Assembly (NCBI GenBank): GCA_964469855.1
Contig: CAYXYW010000001.1
Span: 1 to 41,075, forward strand
Length of the DNA: 41,075 nt
Reading direction: 5' to 3'
Source: an uncultured Bifidobacterium sp.
GTDB taxonomy: Bacteria; Actinomycetota; Actinomycetes; S36-B12; UBA5976
The translations under genes were made by a program, and so were the position numbers. The first letter of the stretch is position 1. Every line of letters starts with the position of its first letter. Below the pieces are notes generated by a model. That model had not been told where the DNA came from, ran no database searches, and saw nothing but the letters and a program-made list of their open reading frames with translations. Below, one piece after another: positions 26,400 to 34,738 of the stretch.

Positions 26400-27806
26400 T
26401 CAGAATTGAAAATAGATAAAGGGGCTAACGCCCGTGCCGGATGTCAAGAGCATAACTAGTGCGGTTGCAATACCAACACCGATAGCTGCAAGTGGAACAG
26501 GAATTGCTCCAATTAGATCATTACTTCGCTGCGTTAATTTTGCCGGAAGATACTGACCAAATAGCCCAATAGCAATTAAAAATAAAACTAATGGGGATAC
26601 GGTAAGGGTTGCTTGATTAACTGAACTGAACATTTCACTAAACATACTCAATGCATCGGTAATTGTTTCAGATCTAAAGAAAATCCAAACTAAGTTCACG
26701 AAAATAAAAGTCAAGGCAACAGAAATCACATAAGGAAGTCGGAATTTGTAAGTCATTCTTAGTTGTCGCTCAATTGCTAAACCTAGACCATGTAGTAGTC
26801 CCCAAACAATGAATGTGACACTTGCACCATGCCAGAATCCACCAATTGCCATGGTTGCGATCAAATTAAATTTAGTTCGGTTCTCGCTTTTTTGATTTCC
26901 ACCTAATGAAACATACAGGTAGTCACGTAGGAATCGCGAAAGCGTCATATGCCATCTGCGCCAGAATTCCTGCAGACTGGCTGCTCGATAGGGCCGATCA
27001 AAGTTTTGTGGGAAGCGGAAGCCGAGCAGCATAGCTATACCAATTGCCATATCGGTGTAACCAGAAAAGTCACAATAAATCTGAACCCCAAATGCAAGAA
27101 CTGCAATCAAGATGTCCCAGGTGGAATACGCTGACGGAGCTCCGAATACTTGATCAACCGATAATCGCCCCAATTGGTCAGCAATAACAACTTTTTTTAT
27201 CAGGCCAGTGGCAATTAGCACTAGTGCTGGCGAGAGCGGAATTTCTCTTGGATTCCGTGGTGATTGAAGCTGTGGAATGAATTCGGACGGCCGCACAATA
27301 GGTCCGGCAACAAGTTGTGGGAAAAAAGTCAAGAACACTGAAAAATCTAAGAAATTAGCCGGGAGCATCTGCTCTCGATAAACATCCATCACGTAAGAGA
27401 TGGCTTGGAACGTATAAAACGAGATGCCAATTGGCAAAATTATTCGCAGTGCAAGCAGATTAGAGTCGCCACCAAATCCACCAAATAAATCATTAAAGGA
27501 CTCAACAAAGAAATTGAAGTACTTAAAGATACCCAGGATCAATAGGTCAATAAAGATGATAATTGCGAGCGAAATTGTCTTTGCCCGATGATTATTTCTT
27601 ACCTGATAAATTCTTATTGCAGCAAACTGATTTGCCACCACCATAAAGACAAGTAGCGCGACAAATCTAATGTCAGCCCAACCATAAAATACCAGCGATG
27701 CTAAAACGATAAATGGCTTCCAATATTTTGGAATTGGCATTAACAGCCAGCTAACTAAAATAACGATACTAAAAAACAACGCAAAGGTGAGCGTGGGAAA
27801 TGCCAT
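26400..27806 (-). CDS. MBOAT-family membrane O-acyltransferase (AlgI/PatA/DltB-like)
   Basis: The ORF is 468 aa and polytopic. The signature is SLQEFWRRWHMTLSRFLRDYLYVSLGGN, followed by GGFWHGAS with the conserved His. Confidence 0.88.
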   Translation of the reverse strand: MAFPTLTFALFFSIVILVSWLLMPIPKYWKPFIVLASLVFYGWADIRFVALLVFMVVANQFAAIRIYQVRNNHRAKTISLAIIIFIDLLILGIFKYFNFFVESFNDLFGGFGGDSNLLALRIILPIGISFYTFQAISYVMDVYREQMLPANFLDFSVFLTFFPQLVAGPIVRPSEFIPQLQSPRNPREIPLSPALVLIATGLIKKVVIADQLGRLSVDQVFGAPSAYSTWDILIAVLAFGVQIYCDFSGYTDMAIGIAMLLGFRFPQNFDRPYRAASLQEFWRRWHMTLSRFLRDYLYVSLGGNQKSENRTKFNLIATMAIGGFWHGASVTFIVWGLLHGLGLAIERQLRMTYKFRLPYVISVALTFIFVNLVWIFFRSETITDALSMFSEMFSSVNQATLTVSPLVLFLIAIGLFGQYLPAKLTQRSNDLIGAIPVPLAAIGVGIATALVMLLTSGTGVSPFIYFQF

Positions 27807-27818
27807 TAGTCAGTTTCC

Positions 27819-28835
27819 CTACTTGCTTATCTTCTCTTTTGTGACGCTAACTTCGGCATCACTGGCATAAATGAACCAAACTTGACCAGACTTCAACGCA
27901 ACATTTTCACCTTGATATGAGAATGTCGGGAATTGATTATCTACCAACCGTTGCCATGTAACTGGCAAACTTTTACCGTCGCGAAACACGTACCCCTCGC
28001 CGGTGCCAGTCAATATTTGATCTGGCACATCTTTGCCATATGAATCCTTTAATCCAGATGCTTTAGTTTGAGTTATCTGAACTACCACTGTGGTTGGAGT
28101 GATTGATTGATTAGTTTCGGTATCCAGTGCAACTTCACCATCGAAATAAACTTCCCAGCCTCGACCTGGCAACCATTTAAATTCCGTATCACTAGCTGGA
28201 AAATCAATTAATACGCTCTCGGTTTTTTCAGCATCTGGATGGAACTTGCGGTCAAATTCAAATCCCTGAACTGCTTTGCTTACTTCACCTTTTTCTTGGG
28301 CTAATTCAATTAATCTAGTTGGATTAACCATCAAGTTATGTGGCGCATATCTAGGTGGTTCGCCTCTAAACCAACCATCCCCAGTCACTCGATTGGAAAT
28401 ATCGATAAAGGGCTCGGCATCTAACAACGGCAGTAATTTCGTTTGTGCACCTGAGTAACCAAACGCAGGCGCACCAAATTGACGTAGAATAGAAATATCA
28501 GTTGGCCGTGCTGATCTAATTGGACCAACGCTTGGTGGCAACTCAGTTGCATATACGGCAACTAAACGGGAGTAGCCACCTTCAATTTTTTCAACATAGA
28601 TTTGATCAGCTGCTGTTAAGCCTTGATGTGGACGCGCATTTTTCACATTGTCAATCTTTAGGATTAATACCGGTTTGTTCAACCCGAATTCACGCCCAGA
28701 TAGTGGACTTGGCTCAATTGGTCCAGTATCTATTGCTGGCGCCGGATCGTCACCAAATAATGAGTTAATCTGCCCAGCACACCCGGTCAATAGGGTCATT
28801 GCGATTAGGGCTACCGCCCACCGTTTGAGTGACAC
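27819..28835 (-). CDS. DUF3048-family lipoprotein
   Basis: The ORF is 338 aa with a GTG start and the lipobox LLTGC. The DUF3048-like core is KPVLILKIDNVKNARPHQGLTAADQIYVEKIEGGYSRLVAVY...VGPIRSARP. Confidence 0.7.
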   Translation of the reverse strand: MSLKRWAVALIAMTLLTGCAGQINSLFGDDPAPAIDTGPIEPSPLSGREFGLNKPVLILKIDNVKNARPHQGLTAADQIYVEKIEGGYSRLVAVYATELPPSVGPIRSARPTDISILRQFGAPAFGYSGAQTKLLPLLDAEPFIDISNRVTGDGWFRGEPPRYAPHNLMVNPTRLIELAQEKGEVSKAVQGFEFDRKFHPDAEKTESVLIDFPASDTEFKWLPGRGWEVYFDGEVALDTETNQSITPTTVVVQITQTKASGLKDSYGKDVPDQILTGTGEGYVFRDGKSLPVTWQRLVDNQFPTFSYQGENVALKSGQVWFIYASDAEVSVTKEKISK

Positions 28836-28849
28836 GAGACGGGATTAAA

Positions 28850-29992
28850 TCACACTATGTTGCGCCAGTGTCGAATCATGTAACCGAAACATGCAATACT
28901 CACTAGCAATACAGGAGCCAGCAGCATAGGTAGCACTTCGGCGCCAAATCGTTCCAATAAGAATCCGGCGGCAGGTGGCAAAATCAGCGCCCCAGTCATT
29001 GCTGCCAGTAGTAGCAGTGTGGTGGCCAGTGGATCACCAGGAGTTCGGGCCGCTATCCAGTCTGAGGCGGCAGCAAAAACTGGTCCAATCAAAAGTCCCA
29101 TTAACGCAATTCCATATGGTGCAAAATCTGGTAGCGCAATGGCAGACAGCACCACTGGAAAAGCTAAACCAACTGAGCCGAGCAACAGATTTTCAGCTGA
29201 TACTTTGTGGGAGAGCGGAGTTGCCACTATTCGACCAATGGTGAACATCAAATAAAACAACGCACCACTGATTGCGCCTGATTCAAGTGAGCCAGTTCGC
29301 TCTTGCATTAACGTTGGTAACCAAGATCCGGCAGAAACTTCTAAGCCAACATAAAACGCAATGCCAATAAAGAATATAGTTAACATCGGCTTATTACGAA
29401 CTACTTGAATTTGTTGCGAATTAACTTCCACGCCCCAATTAAGTCCACTAAGTAATAGCAAGGCAAGCGCAGCAATTACTACGGTTGTAATCATAATATT
29501 TGGTAAGTATTCAGCTGTAAGAATTGCAACTAATAGCGGTCCTAAAATTGCACCAATACCAAAAACTGCGTTTGAAAAATTGATCTTTACGCTACTTCGA
29601 TTATCTGATCTGGTAATCGCTTGAATCAGTCCAACATCTAGCACGCCAAAACCAAATCCAGCAAAAAAAGCGGCAGCTAATACGTAACCAAATTCAGGAG
29701 AAAGTACGATGCCGGAAAAACCAATTCCAAATGCAATTATCCCTAGTCGAATAAACCACAATATAGTTTTAGTTCTTACCAATAATTGAGTTAATAGGAT
29801 TCCAGATAACGCGCCAGCGTTTAGGACAAACAGTGTTATGCCAACTGTTCCAATACCAAGGTCATGCTTATCAGCAAGCCATGGCAGCACCGGACCCCAT
29901 CCGCCCGAAGTTAAGCCAAGCGAGGCGAATATTGCACTTGCGCCAACATAGCTTTTGGTTGAAACTTCCCGAGGCGAAATTACATTAGTCAT
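28850..29992 (-). CDS. MFS transporter (about 12 TM)
   Basis: The ORF is 380 aa and hydrophobic throughout. It has two six-helix halves around a central loop (ITRSDNRSSVKINF). No clear RBS precedes the ATG at 29992. Confidence 0.7.
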   Translation of the reverse strand: MTNVISPREVSTKSYVGASAIFASLGLTSGGWGPVLPWLADKHDLGIGTVGITLFVLNAGALSGILLTQLLVRTKTILWFIRLGIIAFGIGFSGIVLSPEFGYVLAAAFFAGFGFGVLDVGLIQAITRSDNRSSVKINFSNAVFGIGAILGPLLVAILTAEYLPNIMITTVVIAALALLLLSGLNWGVEVNSQQIQVVRNKPMLTIFFIGIAFYVGLEVSAGSWLPTLMQERTGSLESGAISGALFYLMFTIGRIVATPLSHKVSAENLLLGSVGLAFPVVLSAIALPDFAPYGIALMGLLIGPVFAAASDWIAARTPGDPLATTLLLLAAMTGALILPPAAGFLLERFGAEVLPMLLAPVLLVSIACFGYMIRHWRNIV

Positions 29993-30041
29993 AGCGGAGT
30001 AGTCTGCTCTAGATAGTCAAAAATTGATAACCGAATTGCGG

Positions 30042-30434
30042 TTAACTTCGATTTGATTTCCGGAGCTCTTCTAATATTTCTCGAAGTAAATTGACTTCGG
30101 CTGGTTCTAAATTATCGCTTGGGTTGACATTATCCTGTCGAATTAATGCCCGGACTCGGTTAACGGGCACAATCACAACAAAATAGAGCACAGTTGAGGT
30201 AATTAAAAATGCCATTGCAGCATTAATCACCATACCTAGATCAATCGTCTGGCCGCCACCTATTGAGATGGCAATATCTGCTGTTTCAGCACCAGCAACT
30301 CGAGCCACCAGTGGAGTTAATATGCCAGTTGATATTGCAGTAACAATCGCGGTAAAGGCTGCTCCGATAACCACACCAACAGCAAGGTCTAACACTGAAC
30401 CTCGCAGAATAAAGTCACGATAACCTTTTAGCAT
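30042..30434 (-). CDS. mscL: Large-conductance mechanosensitive channel
   Basis: The ORF is 130 aa. The N-terminus MLKGYRDFILRGSVLDLAVGVVIGAAFTAIV is diagnostic. AGGAA precedes the ATG. Confidence 0.95.
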   Translation of the reverse strand: MLKGYRDFILRGSVLDLAVGVVIGAAFTAIVTAISTGILTPLVARVAGAETADIAISIGGGQTIDLGMVINAAMAFLITSTVLYFVVIVPVNRVRALIRQDNVNPSDNLEPAEVNLLREILEELRKSNRS

Positions 30435-30452
30435 TTCATTTCCTATCTGAAG

Positions 30453-30887
30453 CTAATTAGCTGCAATCAGCAGCACCTGCAAACTCCCATCTTGGTTTGC
30501 TGTCGCAACTTTAGTTGACTCCGTTGGAGTAACGGCAATCAGAAGCTCAATCGCGCTGCCGTCTAGCCTTGATCGAGTGCCACCAATGCTGAGAATCTCG
30601 GCTCGCTGTGCGACAGTTGTGGCATAACCATCAGTGACGCTGATTAAATTAATTTGCTGTCCGGTCGAGATGGCTTGGGTAATTAACTCACTACTTAACT
30701 CAATCGCAATAGCAGTTTTTCCGGTTGGAATTTCTAATCTTGCTGCAGCCAGTTCATTTTGATTTGTTGTTAATTCAGTCAAAAGAATCAACGAAGCCAA
30801 CCCAAATAGCCCAGCTGCAATTAGTCGCCGGTTGCGACGAATTATTCGTGGCAGTTTAGTTTGACTGACTTTTAGTTGATATTTCAT
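30453..30887 (-). CDS. SAF-domain-like membrane-anchored protein (CpaB/RcpC-like)
   Basis: The ORF is 144 aa with a basic N-terminus followed by a TM segment (LIAAGLFGLASLILL) and then a beta-rich domain. The position between the FmdB-family gene and mscL matches the conserved actinobacterial arrangement. Confidence 0.5.
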   Translation of the reverse strand: MKYQLKVSQTKLPRIIRRNRRLIAAGLFGLASLILLTELTTNQNELAAARLEIPTGKTAIAIELSSELITQAISTGQQINLISVTDGYATTVAQRAEILSIGGTRSRLDGSAIELLIAVTPTESTKVATANQDGSLQVLLIAAN

Positions 30888-30946
30888 AACGCTCCGCCCA
30901 CAAGTTAAGCGGAAAATAAATCGCGCTGGTTTAGTTATACACAGGA

Positions 30947-31150
30947 TTAATCTGAAGATCCGCCGCTTGATTGCGGACGGGAGTCAGTTTTATAAAACCC
31001 AGGACCCTTAAATAGCACGCCAATACCGCCATAGATCTTTTTACTCTCACCGCTGCATTCTGGGCAAGCAGGCACTGAGTTGTCCTCAAAAGACTGAATC
31101 ACTTCAAAGCCGTGAGCACACTGGGTGCATTGGAACTGATAAGTGGGCAT
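30947..31150 (-). CDS. FmdB-family zinc-ribbon protein
   Basis: The start is the ATG at 31150-31148 (MPTYQFQCTQCAHGFEV...CPECSG), giving 67 aa with CxxC...CxxC. Confidence 0.85.
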   Translation of the reverse strand: MPTYQFQCTQCAHGFEVIQSFEDNSVPACPECSGESKKIYGGIGVLFKGPGFYKTDSRPQSSGGSSD

Positions 31151-31181
31151 GGCGTAATTATCCAGCATCTAGGCTTAGTGC

Positions 31182-31535
31182 GTGCATCGGATCTCCCTCA
31201 AACTGCTGCCTTACATCGCTTTAGGTGGAGCCCTTGGCGCAATTTTTAGGTGGCAACTAGATCTGCTGATCAATTCCCAATTAGCAAGTTTGCTGGTGAT
31301 CAATTTAAGCGGCAGCCTATTAATCGGAGTAGTTGCTGGTGCAGTTACCTCAAAAGCGATTCAAGCGTTTTTTCAAATTGGTTTTCTTGGATCATTTACC
31401 AGCATGTCCGCCGTCATCGCACTCCTCTCCCCGGAATTCACAAGTGGCAATTCAATTATGCTAGTAATTACCACTTTAGTTTTGGCACCAATATTTGCTT
31501 CGCAAGGATTTAAGTTAGCTGGTGAACGAAAGTGA
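31182..31535 (+). CDS. crcB: Fluoride channel CrcB/FluC, paralog 1
   Basis: The ORF is 117 aa with four TM segments and the motifs GGALGAIFRW and GFLGSFTSMS. Confidence 0.85.
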   Translation: MHRISLKLLPYIALGGALGAIFRWQLDLLINSQLASLLVINLSGSLLIGVVAGAVTSKAIQAFFQIGFLGSFTSMSAVIALLSPEFTSGNSIMLVITTLVLAPIFASQGFKLAGERK

Positions 31536-31843
31536 TTATCACCATAGCATTAGCCGCTGCAGCTGGTGCAATTCTTCGTTATTTGTTAACTTCAATAAAT
31601 AGTGTGTTGCCGTGGGGAACGCTATTGGCTAATAATTTGGCAACATTTAGCATTCCAATGTTTCTGCAGTTAGGTGGGGAGTTGGGTACTTTGTTAGCGA
31701 TTGGCTTCGCTGGATCACTTTCAACAGTGAGTAGTTACGCCTTAGAAATCAACAACTTACCTCGCTCATTTAAAGTACGTTATGCAATATTAACCTTAGT
31801 TAGCTGCATTACTAGTTATGAATTAGCTAATTACTTATTTTGA
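31532..31843 (+). CDS. crcB: Fluoride channel CrcB/FluC, paralog 2
   Basis: The ORF is 103 aa with motifs AGAILRYL and GFAGSLSTVSSY. It overlaps paralog 1 by GTGA. The tandem arrangement fits a heterodimeric Fluc. Confidence 0.85.
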   Translation: MIITIALAAAAGAILRYLLTSINSVLPWGTLLANNLATFSIPMFLQLGGELGTLLAIGFAGSLSTVSSYALEINNLPRSFKVRYAILTLVSCITSYELANYLF

Positions 31844-32363
31844 TTAATTGTGTTGGTGTTGCAATCACATCTATTTTCACATCATGTATTTCAGCTGGAA
31901 TTTCTGGCACAATATCTTCGTCATATACTAAAACAATCTTCAATGCATTAGTGTTTGTAAGATTTCGATCAAAATACCCAGCACCAAAACCAAGTCGATT
32001 TCCAGTTTTATCTACTGCTAGTGCTGGAATGATGACAACGGCTAACTCAGTTACTGGAATTGTGAGAGCAGGGACTGGTTCATCAATGCCAAACTTGCCT
32101 ATTTGAAAATCACCAGTGAGTTTGCGCCAACTCAAGTCATCACCAATTACTGCTGGTGCATACAATTCAAATAAATCAGCCAAGGTAGAGATGAGCAAGG
32201 CAGTGCTTACTTCGCCTGGCATATTCAAGTAACAACCAATTGCAGCATTGGCCGGAAATTCTTGCCGCAACATCTGGGTTAAGTCTGATACTGGAATAGC
32301 CCCGTTTCGGCCGAGCCGACGATCCCGCGCCTCGGCTCGAAGTTCTGATTTAGTTGGAGCCAT
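31827..32363 (-). CDS. 5-formyltetrahydrofolate cyclo-ligase
   Basis: The start is the ATG at 32363-32361 (MAPTKSELRAEARDRR), giving 178 aa. The motif is GNRLGFGAGYFDR. The 3' end overlaps crcB2 by 17 nt. Confidence 0.85.
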   Translation of the reverse strand: MAPTKSELRAEARDRRLGRNGAIPVSDLTQMLRQEFPANAAIGCYLNMPGEVSTALLISTLADLFELYAPAVIGDDLSWRKLTGDFQIGKFGIDEPVPALTIPVTELAVVIIPALAVDKTGNRLGFGAGYFDRNLTNTNALKIVLVYDEDIVPEIPAEIHDVKIDVIATPTQLIKISN

Positions 32364-32422
32364 AGCAGTATCGTGGCAGGATAGGCTCCGAATCCGGTTC
32401 AAATTGAGAAAGTAGTGTCGCG

Positions 32423-33310
32423 ATGGCGGTCCGAAAAGCAGTTTTGCCCGTAGCTGGCATGGGAACTCGGTTCTTGCCTGCTACTAAAGCAACACCAAAA
32501 GAGATGTTGCCGATTGTGGATCGTCCAGTTATTCAATACGTAGTTGAAGAGGCAGTAGCCGCTGGCATCTCAGATGTACTTTTTGTCACCGGTCGAGCGA
32601 AGCGAGCGCTTGAGGATCATTTTGATTACAACGGCGAATTAGAAAAAATGCTGCAGGATCGTCAGGATTTAGAAAAGTTGTCTGCGGTTCGAGGTCCAGC
32701 GCAATTAGCTCAAATTCATTATGCGCGACAAGGCACACCAGCAGGATTAGGTCATGCGGTGTTGTGCGCTAAAGCGCATGTTGGTGATGAAACTTTTGCT
32801 GTACTGCTTGGCGATGAAATTGTTCCAGCTGAAAATGATGTGTTAAAGCAAATGTTTTCAGTTTGGGAGAAATTTGGTGGTTCAGTCTTACTGTTAAAGC
32901 GAATGCCAAAGTCTGAAATATCTCGATATGGCGTTGCAGCAGTAAAACCAACAACTCATGACAATATTGTTGAGATTACTGATTTAGTAGAAAAGCCTGA
33001 TGCGGCAGATGCACCCAGCGATTTAGCAGTGATGGGTCGATACGTGTTAGATCCAGCAATATTTAGCATTTTAGAAAATACTAAACCTGGCAAAGGTGGC
33101 GAGATTCAATAAACTGATGCGCTTAAGGTGCTTGCAGCCGCTAAAGATTCTTCAGCAGGGAAAGTTCACGGTTTGATTTATGAAGGTGAGCGATTCGATA
33201 CTGGTGAGATTCTTGGCTATATGACAACAGTTGTTGAGATGGCAGCGCGCAGATCAGATATTGGTGCTGAGTTTAAGTCTTGGCTAACTAATTTTGTCAA
33301 AGGTCTTTAA
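32423..33310 (+). pseudogene. galU: UTP--glucose-1-phosphate uridylyltransferase interrupted by one in-frame TAA (33110-33112)
   Basis: The N-terminal ORF begins VLPVAGMGTRFLPATKATPKEMLP and ends ...KPGKGGEIQ*. The same frame then continues TDALKVLAAAK...ERFDTGEILGY...VKGL*. The stop occupies the Leu position of the conserved GGEIQLTD motif. The sequence alone cannot tell whether this is a real pseudogene, a split gene or a base-call error. Confidence 0.85.
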
Positions 33311-33930
33311 TGCAGCTGGGCAACTCAGTTGTGTTGCGGCATAAAGACTTAGAGTTGTCAGCAATTCGACTGCGTGATCGCAGAAATTATTTGGAAATTC
33401 GTGAACGAAATCGTGATTGGTTTTTGCCATGGGATGCAACTTTGCCCAATTCAAATTCAATAAAGGAAATTGAGAGACATTCAGATTTTGATCCAGCATC
33501 CAATGAGGCATTCTTTTCGCTTTACTTTTCAGCACGTAAATCAAATAAGTCAGGTAGCGGACTTACCTTGGCCATGCGAACCAAGGGAAAGCAGATCGGC
33601 TTAATTACAGCAGCCAATATGGTCTATGGCGCGGCTCGCAGTTGCCAAATTGGATATTGGATCGATCAACGATTTGCTGGTCGTGGTTACACCCCGCGGG
33701 CGGTAGCGTTGTTGATTGATCACTTGCTGCTTGAGCGAGATTTTCATCGAGTTGAGATTGCAATCAGGCCGGAAAATCAAGCAAGTTTGCGAGTTGTACA
33801 AAAGCTTGAGCTGCGTTCTGAAGGTCAACGACCTCGCTATCTACACATCGCTGGCGACTGGCGAGATCATGAAATATTTGCAATTGACAGTTCTGAAATT
33901 GGAAATGGATTAATTAGTCGCTGGGGATAA
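33310..33930 (+). CDS. rimJ: GNAT N-acetyltransferase, RimJ/RimL family
   Basis: The ORF is 206 aa. The motif A-like sequence is QRFAGRGYTPRAV. TAATG overlaps the galU stop. Its position after galU matches mycobacterial synteny. Confidence 0.75.
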   Translation: MQLGNSVVLRHKDLELSAIRLRDRRNYLEIRERNRDWFLPWDATLPNSNSIKEIERHSDFDPASNEAFFSLYFSARKSNKSGSGLTLAMRTKGKQIGLITAANMVYGAARSCQIGYWIDQRFAGRGYTPRAVALLIDHLLLERDFHRVEIAIRPENQASLRVVQKLELRSEGQRPRYLHIAGDWRDHEIFAIDSSEIGNGLISRWG

Positions 33931-33982
33931 TTTCGGCGAGCCTCACCTTTGTTTAGTTGGTTTAAATCCATACTTTGTTTCC

Positions 33983-34597
33983 GTGGGATCAGGACTTCTC
34001 TACTTATCGATTGTGGTGCTGTGGGCTGCCGTCTTGGTTCCAATGTGGCTTAAGCGATTGACTCAAAATGAGTTAGGCAGCATCGATAAATTTAATCGCT
34101 CGATGTCAAGATTAGGCACAGTTCCGAAACTAGAAGTTCCCACATATCGGGCAATGACGCCAAGACAAATAGCTGCGACAAGACGACGTCGCACAGTTTT
34201 GGTGCTGAGTGCAATTACTGTGTTTGGTTCTGTCATTTCAATTGTTACTGGCTTATGGCTCTTGATGGTTTTACCAGCAACATTATTGTTTGGTTTTTTT
34301 GCAATTGCATGGCAAGCAATTATTAAACAAGAGGTTCAACCTAAAGTTGCTACACAACCAAGGCTGCAGGTGTCACGTGCTGAATTAGCTGCTAAAGCAA
34401 AAGAATGGAATGCAACACCGACAGTATTACCAACTCGCGTTACAAGTGAAACAACATATGGTTTAACAAGTCAGCAGATGCTTGATTTAGCTGCAATGCA
34501 ATCTGCCACAGCAGAACCTGTTGAGATCCAAATTGATGAAGTAATTGAAGCGACTGAAATAACGAAAGCGCCAGATAAAAGATCTGCAGCTGGCTAA
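33983..34597 (+). CDS. Membrane protein resembling actinobacterial SepX/GlpR-type divisome proteins
   Basis: The ORF is 204 aa with a GTG start. The N-terminal TM motif is GLLYLSIVVLWAAVLVPMWLKR, followed by a second TM pair. The family assignment is from memory of that N-terminal motif only. Confidence 0.45.
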   Translation: MGSGLLYLSIVVLWAAVLVPMWLKRLTQNELGSIDKFNRSMSRLGTVPKLEVPTYRAMTPRQIAATRRRRTVLVLSAITVFGSVISIVTGLWLLMVLPATLLFGFFAIAWQAIIKQEVQPKVATQPRLQVSRAELAAKAKEWNATPTVLPTRVTSETTYGLTSQQMLDLAAMQSATAEPVEIQIDEVIEATEITKAPDKRSAAG

Positions 34598-34738
34598 TTT
34601 TGAATTGTTTTGTGTGAAAAAATTGCCTACTTTTATAAGGTTTATTTAAGAGGTATAGATTTATTAGCCACCAGTTAAAACCGGGGTTAACTTAGCTAGG
34701 TGATAATCTGCGCTAATTGATGGCGACAAGGAGTATCG

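Noticed and set aside
31151-31181. A fluoride riboswitch (crcB motif) upstream of the tandem crcB genes.
   Set aside because: Only about 31 nt separate the FmdB-family gene start from the crcB1 start. That is too short for the ~52+ nt riboswitch plus expression platform, and I saw no conserved crcB-motif pseudoknot sequence.
34637-34651. A shared 15-mer-like motif TAAGGTwTwTTTAAG, found upstream of NlpC/P60 (14270-14284) and in the AT-rich gap before rsmI (34637-34651), matching at 13 of 15 positions.
   Set aside because: The motif is AT-rich. A back-of-envelope estimate gives a few such 13/15 matches by chance among the ~2 kb of intergenic sequence alone, so it is not significant without conservation data.
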